Shown here: positions 40,971-53,967 of the stretch, in pieces
Numbering within the stretch: the first letter of the stretch is position 1
How the letters are laid out: each line of letters begins with the position of its first letter
Origin: Marsupella aquatica
Taxonomy: Eukaryota; Plantae; Marchantiophyta
NCBI GenBank assembly: GCA_973895155.1
Contig: OZ316895.1
Span: 2,095,659-2,159,658, forward strand
Reading direction: 5' to 3'
Length of the DNA stretch: 64,000 bases
Program-made: the position numbers and the translations under genes
The notes under the pieces: generated by a model
Databases searched by the model: none
What the model saw: the letters and a program-made list of their open reading frames with translations, nothing else
Told to the model about the DNA's origin: nothing

Positions 40971-43379
40971 TGTTAGATATTGCTCTAGTCTTGTGACTCA
41001 TGAGCTAACCACAGTTAGTCTAACTCGGGTTAGAACTTAGCTAATGTTAGCAGTAGTGCTGTTGTGTATATAGCCAGGGCTGATGCCAGACCCTGGTGGA
41101 ACTTAGGCTCATTGTTACGGAGCTAGTTGAGAGATAGGTAGAACTTGTGCTGTGTATGCTTGGTATGGCCGGTCGGCCTAGAGTGCAGTAAAGCTCTTGT
41201 GTGTTCTCGTGGACGTAGCCTCATGTGGAGGTGAACCACATATCTCTCTGTGTCGACTCTTATGCGTTGGATGGTTCATGGGCTTGCCGTTACGAATGTC
41301 GTCTATGCTCAACAAGTGGTATCAGAGCAATCTTTGAGTGACAACAAGACGTGGGAGCTGGTGGAGCTTCCAAGAGGTCAACAAGTGGTGGACAGCAAGT
41401 GGATTTATAAGTTGAAGGACAGTCCTTCAGAGGGTGGAGAAAAGATCTACAAGGCAAGGCTTGTTGCCAAGTGATTCACTCATGAGAAAGGAGTGGATTA
41501 CAATGAGGTCTTTTCACCGATGGCAAAGTATTCCACAATTCGAATCTTGTGTCAGCTTGTTGTGTTTTTTGGTGTGGTGATGGATCACATGGATGTTGTT
41601 ACTGCTTTTCTCTATGGCAACTTGGAAGAGTTGATTTTCATGAGACAGCCACTAGGCTTTATGAAGAAGGGCCAAGAGAACTTAGTTTACAGATTGCTCA
41701 AGTCCTTGTATGGATTGAAGCAATCTCCCAGACAGTGGAACAAGCGATTTGATGATTTCATGCTTGTTCAAGGTTTTACAAGGATGGTGTATGATCCTTG
41801 TGTGTATACGAAATCAGTCAAGAATGATGTATTTGATTTCATCATTCTGGTGATCTATGTGGATGACATGTTAATTGTGGTTAAAGATCAATCTGAGGTT
41901 GACAGTCTCAAGGCGAAATTGAGTGCTGAATTCAGGATGAAGGATCTTGGTAAGACCAAGAGGATCTTAGGGATGGAGATTTTTAGGAACTCTGATACTG
42001 GACAGTTGTGCTTGAGTCAAGACCAGTATGCGAGGAAAGTACTTGCACGATTCAACATGGAGAACTGTAAGCCAGTGAGTATTCCTTTAGCTTCACATTT
42101 CAAGTTATCATCGGCTTTCTCTCCTACAGATGCTGTGGAGAAAGGTCTGATGGCTAAAATTCCTTATGAGAAGGCAGTAGACAGTCTGATGTATTTGATG
42201 ACTTGTACTAGGCCTGACTTGGCCCTAGCGATGGGCAAGGTTAGCAGATTCATGTCAAATCCAGGGAAGGTACATTGGGAAGTTGTGAAGTGGATTCTCA
42301 GGTATTTGAAGGGAACACAGGACTATGGATTACTATTTGATAATAGATCAGATAGAACGCTAGTTGGCTATGTAGATTCTGACTATGGAGGCTGTCTGGA
42401 TACAAGAAGGTCTACAACTGGATTTGTATACACTCTTGGAGGAGGATGTATCAGTTGGAAATCTACCTTGCAGAAGTGCATATCTCAGTCTACTACAGAA
42501 GCAGAGTATGTTGCAGTAGTAGAAGCAGCAAAGGAAGCAATTTGGTTGGATAAGTTGATCGCGAAGATGGGTTTAGAGCATGGCAAAATGAGTCTAAACT
42601 GTGATAGTCAAAGTGCTCTTCACTTGGCTGCTAACCAGGTGATGGATAGCAGGGTGAAGCACATTGATATCAGGTACCATTTTATCAGGCAAGCAGTGTC
42701 TGATAAAACTTTTGAGCTAGTCAAGATTGATGGAAAGCTCAATCCCGCTGATGCCTTTACCAAAGTGATTCCTTGGGAGAGTTTCTCAAGACACCGTGCT
42801 ACTTTGTAGGTTTTGCAGTTGTAGTACAAGTAGAGTTACTTAGCAATGTGTGACTATTTGTATATGGATTACTCATTTCTGTTAGGCTACAACTTAGTTC
42901 TAGTTAACCCTTAGTTAACCCTTGTGGTTTTTAGGGGGAGACTTGGTTTGGTGATTGTCTAGAATTTCCCGTTGAGGATTCCATATGGTAGCATTTAGTC
43001 CAGTCCCCAAAACAAGAGTCAAGGGGGAGTTTGTTAGATATTGCTCTAGTCTTGTGACTCATGAGCTAACCACAGTTAGTCTAACTCGGGTTAGGACTTA
43101 GCTAATGTTAGCGGTAGTGCTGTTGTGTATATAGCCAGGGCTGATGCCAGATCCTGGTGGAACTTAGGCTCATTGTTACAGAGCTAGTTGAGAGATAGGG
43201 AGAGCTTGTGCTGTGGATACTTGGTATGGCTGGTCGGCCTAGAGTGCAGTAAAGCTCTTGTGTGTTCCCGTGGACGTAGCCTCATGCATGTGGAGGTGAA
43301 CCACGTATCTTTCTGTGTCGACTCTTGTGCGTTGGATGGTTCATGGGCTTACCGTTACAAATGTCGTCTTTACTCAACA
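40971..43379 (+). mobile_element. Internally deleted Ty1/copia element (LTR-PBS-RT/RNase H-PPT-LTR), 2.4 kb
   Basis: LTRs 40971-41314 and 43032-43379 (TG...CA; about 17 substitutions plus a 4-bp indel by eye). TSD ATTTT. tRNA-iMet PBS tggtatcagagc at 41317-41328. PPT aagggggag at 43021-43029. Confidence 0.95.
41329..42809 (+). pseudogene. Copia RT-RNase H remnant; gag, protease and integrase absent; stop at 41472-41474
   Basis: SLSDNKTWELVELP..KWIYKLK..YKARLVAK*FT..DYNEVFSP..LYGLKQSPRQW..IYVDD..GYVDSDY..KHIDIRYHF. Confidence 0.92.
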
Positions 43380-44529
43380 ATTTTGCAATCTTCTTCATAA
43401 TTATGACCAGGAAAATGAGGACTTTTAGCTTGAGTTTTGAGAGGCTAATATGGTCCATAATAATAGAATGTTCTAAATTAGTTAAAATATCTCATAGATC
43501 TTAAGTGTTTTGTAACATTAGTCATTGTTTATCATATGAAAAATATTTTTTAAATCTTTGAATTTATTTTTTAATAATGGATATATAACTAAAACAGTTA
43601 CATAGTGTCAGTTTTACCCGTTTTGCTTTTTGCATTTCTAGTTTTTTATATTTTTTTACGGTATGGCATCCCAAAATTTACACCCAAATTGCGCAAACAC
43701 GAATGAAAATTGTAAGTTTGATTCACAAAATTGACGAGTCTTGTTTGTTGCGGTTGTTATTGATGTGGCATGCTCTGGTGCCAGGAATTTTGGAAGGGAC
43801 CTCTCATGGGGGTCCATGGCATTGTGGAGTGTAATGCCCCCCAAACAAGGGCTTTAGCTCAGCTTGGATGGGCTAAAACTGCCTAGAATGACTCTTATCA
43901 AGGATTTAGTACACTTTAATCCTTAAAGATCTTTCATTCCTGCTATTTTTGGTTGCTTCCGACTTGATGAGACTACAAGCTGGAGCTGTCTTACATGTAG
44001 TTGGCCCTCAGTTTTGCGGCCCTAAGCTGAATGTGATATCCTATTATATAAATAAATAAATAAATAAATAAATAGAGAGAATTGCACTCCTATACCCCTC
44101 CACTTTGAGGGAAGTTTCCAGCCCTTACCTTCCTGTGAAACTTGAGTAAAACAAATTGACTCACTTTACACCAACCATCCAAGGTGCCTGGCTTAGTGAC
44201 AAGTAACAGCATCATAAATTGCTGTGGTGCATCCCTCAGAGCTTTCTCTCCACACTGTTGGGAGGATTGAGGGCAGCAAAACTGAGGGGCTGACTACATG
44301 CCAGATGTGAGACAGCCCTAACAAGCTAGTGTAAGTTTTTTCCCTTCTTTCTTCACCTTGATGCCACCCTAAACCCAAGTTTATGCAAGTAAAAGATAAA
44401 TCTCAAAATGCCATTGCACACAGCTTGTGGTAGGCATTTTCTTCAATAAGGAGAAAAATTCGTGAAGGGATTTGAGGAATGAGTGAACGAGTGCACATCT
44501 TCTTTCAGTGCCCACTGATTACCACTGCC

Positions 44530-45587
44530 TCCACTGCCTCTCCCCACTTCATCCATGGTGCAGTAATGGCTGCAGCAGAGAAACCAACACCCATGGTAGG
44601 TGGACGAAGAAGCTCTTCGCTGCACGAGAGGAAATAGGCTGAGGTTTAGTGAACTCTTTAGTAGTAGCAAAAGATTCAGCCGACAAGAGGCTTTTTTTTT
44701 CGGCCAAAGAGCTCCCCCAGAGAAGGGTGTCGACTCTGTTATCATTTCGTCGCAGCTGTTGCTGTTGTTGGCGATGGCCGCGGCTTCAGCTACGATCCTC
44801 GGCGCTGTTCTCAGATCCGTTGCTGCTGGGCAGACGGCTGCAACCCAGGTGTTAATCTCGATCGGAGGCCATAGCGAGCGCTCTTTGAAACATTCGAAGA
44901 CTGTCCGGTGCTGTTCCCCCCTTTTTTGCATTTCAGCTTTGTTTTCCGGTGTTCGTGTTTACATCAATAGAATTGGTCATTCATAGAGAAACTTTTCTGT
45001 GGTCTGCGTGATAATAATGCTTGATCTAGAATGTATGGCGTTGTCATTTGTTGGATTGGATTTTATGGTTTTTCCCAACGAAAAGATATCTTTGTTGCTC
45101 TCTGTCTGCAATCTGTGCGGACTGTATCGTAGAAAATGCTTGTCCGAGTGTTTTTGGTAAGACTGTGAACAGCGTCCCTGAGATAGAAAATATGACAGGT
45201 CTTGGAAACTTCAAAGGTAGAACTCAGGTCCTGTGTCGAGATTGTGGCGGAGGCGTCCATGTAGAATGAGGACTGGTTCACTTGAGAGTTGACGATCTTA
45301 AGCCAATGGGTGCATAGCATGCTAGGATTTTTCCACGGTTGCCTCCTGAGAAACGAGTGCAACTTATGTGCTGTGGGTTGCTTTGTGGTCGTATTGTGGC
45401 GTTTGGGTCGACAGATTTGCTGTTGGTCGGAGTTCCTGGGCTCTAGTTCTGGAGTATGTCATTGCAACTATGTAGGAGCTGAGGGGTCCTTTTTCTTTCC
45501 TTTGTCATTTATATCGTCAGAATTGATTGACTCTCTGAGAAGTTTGTCTACTTTGCTGTCCATTGCTGTACAAGTTATTTATTCCAG
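44530..45587 (+). promoter_or_regulatory. Putative 5' leader exon and first intron of tRNase Z, paralogous to 27690-28780
   Basis: Donor at 44849, candidate acceptor ttattccag at 45587, several upstream ATGs. Telo-box-like ccctaaaccc near 44367. Confidence 0.65.
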
Positions 45588-45772
45588 GCGGTCCCCTATT
45601 TTTGGGGCAGAAGCTCTACAGATTTGGGAGCCACTAGCGGCAGCCCCGATAGGAGTTTTGTCGGGCAAGGACATGTCGGTTTGACATGGATTTGTGTAGT
45701 TGATGTAGGCTATCAAAAAGTGGCCTGAAAAAGTCTCCTTTAGTTAAGCTGGAGGACAAGACGGGGGCCATC

Positions 45773-48700
45773 ATGGAAGAAAAACCCTCAGCTAAGAAGA
45801 GGCCTTCACTTGTGCCTAAACAGCTGAATTTGAGAGCTTCTGGGGTTCATGGCAGCACATTTATCAGCTACGTGCAGGTAAGCTCTGCTGTGTAGACTAC
45901 CCAAGGGTTTAGTTGGTGCCCATCCGTCTCACCTCGTTCTGGTGGGTGTGGAGATTTATCTTTTGTCCACACCCTTTGCAACAATAAATCACGTGGTGCA
46001 CTAGGACTTGAAGTAATTGAAGCAAGGAAACGGAAGTTTAAATGTTCCGAGAGGTGTCGCCACTGGGTCTTGACATGAAATGCCCTTCATTCATTCGTTC
46101 ATTCATTCATGGTATCTCCTCATTCCGAGTTGCAACACGGAGCTTCATTGCAATAAAGAATATAGCTGAAAGCTCTTGCACTCAGTGAATATAGGTAGAT
46201 ACAAGACCCAAGTTGCACCTGGAAAATCCAATCAAGAGAGGATTTGGCTCATTGAATGATTGTCGTGGAGACAGATTCTTGGTACCGGAATGGACACGAG
46301 AGACACATCACCGTCAGTATTGCTCTTCTTTGACAAGCGACGAATTATTTTCAACGCAGGAGAGGTAAGAGCTTTTCCGACGAAAATGCTTAATAGTCCT
46401 TTGTTCATAGTTTCTTTGGGGCAACTTTGTGAGAGATGCGAAGCATCGGTTTTGGAAGCCTGAGAATTCTCCTGCATATCGTTCTTATTTACAGGTCTGA
46501 AGTTGGCTGAAATCTCGATCCTATGTTTTTCTTTTTCAGGGCTTACAACGGTTCTGCATTGAGCACAAAATCAAGCTATCCAAGGCATGCAACTTGGCCC
46601 AGCTTTCTGATGGAGGGTGGGCTTCCTTCTGCTGTTTTTTCTTTAATCTCTTGTGGTGCTGTCACTAGCCAAAGATTGGGTGTCAGTAATGATGCTTGAA
46701 TGTGCTTTCAGTACATTTCACTCTGGGAACATGCTCTGCATCATGTTCTTTCATGCATCGCAGTTGGGTACTGAACGTACGTTGTGTCCACAGCTAGATC
46801 ATGTCTTTCTCACTCGCGTTTGTTCGGAGACTGCGAGTGGTCTGCCTGGTAAGTAATGTTCCCCATAGTAACGAAGTCTTCCTCTGCTTGTGAAATTCAG
46901 CCCGAACCGATGACGCTTGGACTAGTGGCTACCTGTTTTGCGTATTTGAGTCTTTTCTTTACTTATGCAGGGCTTCTTTTGACTCTATCCAATACTGGAG
47001 AGACAGGGATGACGGTAAGTCCACTGTCTTTCTTGCGATTATTTCTTGCAATTTTACTGCCTGTAAAATTCCGCAACCGCTTGTTTCAGAAGTAATCCCT
47101 ATTATCGCTCAATACTTAATATTTTGTTGCAGGTCAACTTGTGGGGGCCTTCAGACCTGAATTTCCTGGTGGATGCAATGCGCACATTTATACCGAGTTC
47201 TTCTGTTGTGCACACTCACAGCTTTGGCGAAGAAAGAGAGGGGTCTCCTACAGAGGCGCCGAGAGCTGGGGACCCTAATGCGGGGCTAGAAGGAGACACA
47301 CTGATGCTTTTGGAGGATGAGGTTGTAAAAATCTCAGCAGTGCTGCTGCGTCCTGGCTCTGAAGAGATATCTATGGCTAGTTCTTTGAAAAGACAAGTGG
47401 CTCCGGATACTGAGAAGGATAAAATGGATGGAAGCTGGTCCCCAACTAAGCGCGTCCAAGGTTCTGGTAGAACTTCAGGGCCAAAGACAGATGGTTTAAG
47501 CTTTTCATTTGCAGAACCTTGGGAACTAGGTTTTGAAAGTGAGACGACACCTGATCTTTGTGGAAGTCAGAAGCGCCCACGAATAGAATCTTTTGTAGAA
47601 GCCAAGTCTCCTTTAGTGGATGAACACTTCACATCCGAAGACAAATATCTGCCTGGCCTTCGCAAAGAGACTAAGGAGTCAGCCGGAGGTAGCCAAGGCT
47701 CTAAAGAGGTTGCGGTTGTATACATCTGTGAACTGCCAGAAATTATAGGGAAATTTGATCCCGCGAAAGCAACGGCAATGGGTCTTCGACCAGGTCCCAA
47801 GTATGGTAAACTTCAAGCTGGGCAATCGGTGATTGCAGACAAGGGGACGAAAATGGTAGGCCTCTTCGTTGTTCTATATTAGAGAGAAAGAATAACTTGT
47901 GACGACTTTTCACGTGACTCATTGCTTATCTTGAGAAGAACCGGAAGACTTTCGACTACTTGTGTTGAGCTTACCTGTCAAAATGAAGTTCGTTTTGATT
48001 CTGATTCCCTCCTTGCAGCTGTACTACTAACTTCACTTTCACATTTATAATAATTAATCTTAATTATCCTGTCCGGCAGGTTGTTTTAAGTTTTGCTCTC
48101 TCCACCTCATGTAGCAGAATTTTTCGAAGTCCATAAATAACTTTGATAGCTGAGTCTAATGGCTTCCTCTGTATATGCATGTTTGCTTGTATGCAGGTTC
48201 ATCCGAGCGATGTCATGGATCCTTCTTCTCCAGGACCTATATGTCTTGTGGTTGATTGCCCAACAACTGCTTTTGTTTCATCCCTGATCGCTTCCCCTGG
48301 TCTGACGAAGTTCTCTGCGAAGACTGGAGCTGGAAGGGAAAGCATAAAGAAGGTTACTTGTATCATTCACCTTGGTCCTGCTTCTGTAATAAATTGCTCA
48401 CAGTATCAACAATGGATGGCTCAATTCCACGGCACACAGCATATTATGTCCGGGCATGGAATGTAAGTTCTGGCCTACCCGTGAGAAAGGGTTTAATATT
48501 GACACAAAACTCTGAGATTCCTTGATGTTCAAATATTTTGAGAAAGCTCGAGTCTAAACTCGATTCCTGTTTATGTTGCAACTCTTATATTAATTCATCT
48601 GCCGCAAATCACTTGATCGTCTGCCGACACCTCTAGTGGGTCAGTTGTGTTCTTTTTTTTAATCATGCTCAAGAGGCTTGGACAAGGTTTTCGGTGCTGG

Positions 48701-51700
48701 AATTTATGTAAGTCGTCTTTGTCAGGTCTTCAGTGTCCTAGTAATTATACTAGCAATTCTGATATGTTCTTGAGTTGTCCAGGCTTGGCAAAGTGTCACC
48801 AATCTTAAAGGCAAGTGCCAGAGTAATGTCCAGATTGAACTTCATCTGCCCACAAGTGTTTCCAATTGTGGGCCTGCAGCAAGGTGAAGACGAGATGGAG
48901 GCCTTTCAGGTGAAACATATGTGAATAGTGTGATTAAATTAATTAAATTAATCAGTGTTCTGCCATGTGGACACATCTTTGAGCTGCGATGTTTTCGTGT
49001 AGTCTTGGTGAGAGCTTCGGTGATGCTCTACAGGTATATATTAGTATTATCCGCTTGGAGGCTGCTCTCAAACTGGACGAAGTTCGTCTTATAGTTTGAA
49101 TTGTCATTTTGCAGGATTCGCCATCAATTACAACTGCTGAGAACCTTCTAAAGGTAGAAATTTTGTATTTGATGCAATTTGCTTCCAACCAATTGCCGGG
49201 GCTGGCGATTTTTGCTTTCTTGTCTGTAATTTTCGTTTGGGCCCATTTCCTTCCCTGCTGTCTACTGTCGATGGAGTTTTGTGTGGTGTGGGACATGGGC
49301 GGGATGTATGGGGCCACCAAGGGTCCCCGGCAGTTTGCAGGTGCGATTGGCACCATCGAGCCAGATGGCTACGTAACGGAGTTCAGGACCGTCAGGCCAC
49401 GCAGAATGGAAGCAAGTTCACACCCTTGATGCCATGGCAGCGGTCACACCGATCATCAAATTCCTGGTTGAAGTCCTTCCATAATTACTTCCATAACGTG
49501 GAGGGGACCTTGTTAAAGCACGGACTGCTTAAACCTCACTGTCACCCAAAGTGCGGGAGGTCAAAATAGCCCCATTTCTCCGGCTTTGTTACTTAACCTA
49601 TTGTGGGGTTTTGGTATGACCAGAACCTGAGGAGTCACAGTGATGGTTTAAGTTTTCTACCAATCCCTTTTCTGAAGCTGTACAACAAGTGCCTGACACG
49701 TGCATTCTTGTCTGATTTTATTTGCAGTTCCGCTTACGTCCCATATCTTCAACCCCAATCGATCGCTCATTAGTACCAATACCTCTGGACCTTTCAGCAG
49801 TCCAGCGTGAACTTGCTGCTGAGAACCCGGAGTTGCAGGAAGCATCTAAAACCATCGCAGAACTCTGGAACCCAAGTTTTAGTCCTGTCGCGAAGTGTGT
49901 AGGATCTCTAGATCTCAGCCCACAAGAATCACAAGGCAAGGACCCAGGGATGTCAATTGATCCTTTGAAACTCGAAGATGGGACCAGGAGTCTTTCTTGT
50001 GGCTCAGAGGATGTGCAAGATCATGATCCTGGACTCCCAGATTGCCTGAGGGGAGCTGGCAGAGAGGAGATGGAGATGGTCTTCCTAGGCACGGGTTCCT
50101 CCCAGCCTTCCAAGTACCGAAATGTCAGTGCAATTTACATTCATTTGTTCAAGCGAGGAGGTTTGCTACTGGACTGTGGAGAGGGGACGTACGCTCAACT
50201 CAAAAGAAGGTAGGTTTTCTGGAAGAGCTACTTTCGTTGCATCTGTATCTTTAGGTCGTATGCAATGTCGTTAGAATAATTGTTTTGGGTGTTAAATGGA
50301 CCTAATATTTCACATCTGTCTGAAGTAATACTGACATGAGCTTTTGTTATTCTTGCCATAAGCTATACCTTGTTAGCCTGGGTTGCTGCTTTGAGCTCTA
50401 ATCTGTCGATAAAGACCAAATTAACCTCGACTGGGTTGGTAGCTACGACGTGCACTGAAAGAAAGGCTCCGCATTGATTGTGATATGCTTTCATGGCTGG
50501 GTGACCAAAGCATTCTGTGCCGGTTGAAATAAATTCTGGCCATCACTGTCAATTCAGATTTCTAGGGATGATTATGAACGCTCGGAGTTTTGGTTGCAGG
50601 TATGGTAATAAAACTGCTGATGAAATTGTGGCGGGCCTGAAGTGTGTATGGATTTCTCACATTCATGCAGACCATCATACAGGCCTTGCCCGCATTCTCT
50701 CGGCAAGAAAAAAGCTTCTAGAAAATGAAGGTAAACTAGAGCCAATACTGGTTATTGGTCCCAAGCAATTAAAGAGATACCTTGATGCTTATGGGAGGTT
50801 GGAAGACCTTGGAATGGAGTTTCTGGATTGTTCCCAAACTACTCTTTTTGCTGAGAGTGCAGCAAGTTTGGCCGCAAATGGTCAGTATTCAGGAGTGCAG
50901 AGTTCTGCAGGGGAGGGAAGGATAGGAAACATAGGCACCAGTGGAGGTCAAAATGACAATGGTAAGACTTCGAAAGTTCAGGGGGGTCTTATTAGTCTGC
51001 CGTCACCGGGAAGGAGCTCTAAGGTGGATGGACGTCCTGTTGGTGGCCAGCTTAGAAATTACTGGCTGCAAACAGGCTTTCACTTTCAAGCTGGTCTCGA
51101 TGAGCAAGGTCGGGAAAAGTTGAAACACACGCTTTCTGCTATGGGGCTGTCACATCTGACTAGTGTACCTGTTGTGCACTGTCCACAAGCTTTTGGGGTG
51201 GTCTTAGTTGCCAGAGGAAGGAAACTCCTTCAACCAGGGTGGAAGCTTGTTTACTCTGGGGACACCAGGCCTTGCCAGGCACTTGTGGAGGCATCTAAAG
51301 ATGCTACAGTTCTCATTCATGAGGTCAACTTCTCATCTTTTTCTCATGATTGCTAGACTCAGCCTCGTTTACCACGATCCCTTTTTGTGAAGAGAAACGG
51401 ACTTGAATTGAGAATGTTAGGGCATGGAGTTCTCTTAAGAACCTGGCTAAGCCTTCGTGATAATGATCCACCTGAATGGTTTGATGATGTGGTGCAGGCC
51501 ACGTTTGACGATGCAATGCTGGAGGAGGCGGTGGCAAAAAATCACAGCTTGACTCGGGAGGCCGTAGAGACCGGTGTTGCTGCTGGAGCTTACCGTACAA
51601 TTTTGACGCATTTCAGTCAACGCTATCCGAAAATCCCAGTCTTCAATGAGAGCTACAATGACAGAACTTGCATAGCTTTTGATATGATGAGTGCCAATTT

Positions 51701-51809
51701 AGCTGATTTACCTCGCCTTCCAAAGTTACTACCTGCCCTGAAGCTCCTGTTTAAAAACGACATGCTTATCGTCGATGAGGGTGTTGATGACATAACAGAT
51801 CCGTCATGA
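45773..51809 (+). CDS. TRZ: Long-form tRNase Z (ELAC2/TRZ3-4 type), 12 coding exons
   Basis: Exons 45773-45877, 46275-46364, 46540-46584 (GC donor), 46794-46848, 46971-47014, 47133-47855, 48197-48462, 48783-48909, 49115-49153, 49728-50209, 50600-51323, 51498-51809. Motifs [25 protein letters not shown] (flexible arm), [44 protein letters not shown]. Start codon uncertain. Confidence 0.93.
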
Positions 51810-53259
51810 AATATCATTTTTTTTCGACCCTTGAAGGTTGAACTTCATGCATCTGTCTAGTGTATGGGAGGAGAGGGTGTGCATATTCGTAAGAGGGGAA
51901 GTAGGTGTGATTGCGTTGACAAGTTGTATCTGGGTTCATTGTTCTCATAAATATTTGGAGAGAAGCTCAGTGAGTGATGGTTGAATGACTACCAAGACTA
52001 TTGAGGATTGACAAAGCAACTCAAAATCGTGCTTGGAAGATCACCAATATTACCATTGCAGGTCTGGATATCTGTCGGCGACGTACAATTGTCTCATTTG
52101 AATGAACATTGTACATTACATGCGGAAGGAAGAGTTGATATTACTAAAACCGTAAATTCTTCGGCTCCTAAAACCATAATGCCAAAGGCAGAAATCTCAT
52201 GATAACTCGGAGTCTTCGTGAATATTTGCCTTTGTAGAGCTGAAATGGTTCTCACGTCTTTATACCAAATCTCGTCTTGAGTGAATGACTGAACGCAGGA
52301 CTGACAATTATTACTGTGACCGTGAGCATACAAAAAATTGTGACTCTCACCCTGGCTCCCAAACTTGATCAATGACGAAGCCAGCTCACTTAGTGGTTCA
52401 AATGTGACTCATTACAGTGTGCTCTTTCCCCATTCGGTCATGATTTGTTTAGCAAACGTGTAATGCGTACCTGGTGTCATGACAGATTCTTACGGGGTCA
52501 TTAGATATTGATGATACCAAACGGGAAGGGCGCTGCATACTAAAGTAGGCTCCACGACAATTTCGTATATGGTCATATTCTGTTGCCGCATGCACGTCCT
52601 TAACCCTCAAATCCGCGTTAATTACCCTCTTGATTGCACATTCACTCAGAAACAAGGGCATCTCTGAAGGACCTGTTGAGCTTGTTTGTGGATTGTTCTG
52701 CACCGAAATCAGAGCTGAAATTTTAAAACTAGTTCAGAGACTATCGAATTTCCACCAAACCTCAATTCTTGGTCTCTGGTTACCATTCCTCTTTCCCTCA
52801 TTATTCCTGCTCTCCCATATTCAATTTCTAGCCAACATTTGCATACACAATCCACTGCCAGGAGGCAAGAAATTCAAGTAAGAGGGGTGTATTTAACAAG
52901 GAGTAACGTAAATCTTCCAAGCACACTTTTGACGCTATAATGCAGCATACCATAACGACTGATGGCACTTGTTTGTCATCATTCAAACTCCTTTGGGCCG
53001 AAGTACTCTTAGCCTTGTCCCCCTATATTGATAATTGTCACTTCGTTTAGTGCACACTACTTGATTTTGTGCACTTTACCAACTAGGCTCGAAGCTACTA
53101 TACTTAAATCTTGTAGGGAACAAAGGTTCCCCGTGAGCAACCATTTATCCTCCATGCTTCTATTCTCATAATTTGGCACTCTAAAATAAACAGCCAGACA
53201 ACCTTTTTTGGGACAAGATTTACATACTAAAACTGAGGTCTGGGTAGATTTCTAGACTC

Positions 53260-53585
53260 TATCCCTACTATCTGGGTAGATTTCTAGACTCTATCCCTAC
53301 TATCTGGGTTTTTCAAAACGCTTCCCGGCTGATGCCAATCAGCTTATTCTCATATTTCAGCGGATGCAGGGCTACAGTCTAGTAACCCCCGCCCAGATAT
53401 ACTGTAGGTTATCCTGTACATAATCTTGCAAAAATATTGTGGAGAATTGGGTCTATCTGGATGTTCCAGAAAACATTCAAAAAGCTTCCCTTCTCACATT
53501 CCGGATGCAGGGCTACACCCCAGTACCCTAGTAACCCCAGCCCACCCCAGACATACTGTAGGTTATCCTATACATAATCCTGCAC
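53260..53585. repeat. Short local duplications (2 x 31 bp; imperfect 2 x ~85 bp)
   Basis: tctgggtagatttctagactctatccctacta occurs twice. cggatgcagggctaca...ctagtaaccc...atactgtaggttatcct occurs at ~53361 and ~53502. Confidence 0.75.
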
Positions 53586-53967
53586 AAGTAAATTGGGTTT
53601 TCACCACTCATAAATCCCGATAAATTTTACATGCCTTTTGGCATTGCTTCTTTCTTTGTGTACTGTACCTACTACGGTTCGATCTTGAGGGAGCATGAAC
53701 GCCATCTTGCCTCTTAACTACTATTACTGTCTTCCTCCGAACAGAGCTCCCGGGCCATGTATTCGAAATTTGCAAAATACACGAGTCTGCTTTTCTTGTA
53801 ACACAACTTCAATTTAAAAGAGTGTCCAGATGCTTTGTTAGAATGTGGCTTTGTGTTTGATGTTGGCTTTCAATTCGAAATAAAGAAAATTGCACCTAAT
53901 GTATTAGAGCAGGATGAAGCTTCATGTGGATAGTTTTCGAAGCGAACACAGTCTCACATCGATCCTT

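Noticed and set aside
44365-44378. ccctaaaccc as a telomerase template or telomere (similar motifs near 7017 and 38330)
   Set aside because: Single-unit telo-box-type motifs are common in plant genomes; there is no array or telomerase RNA structure.
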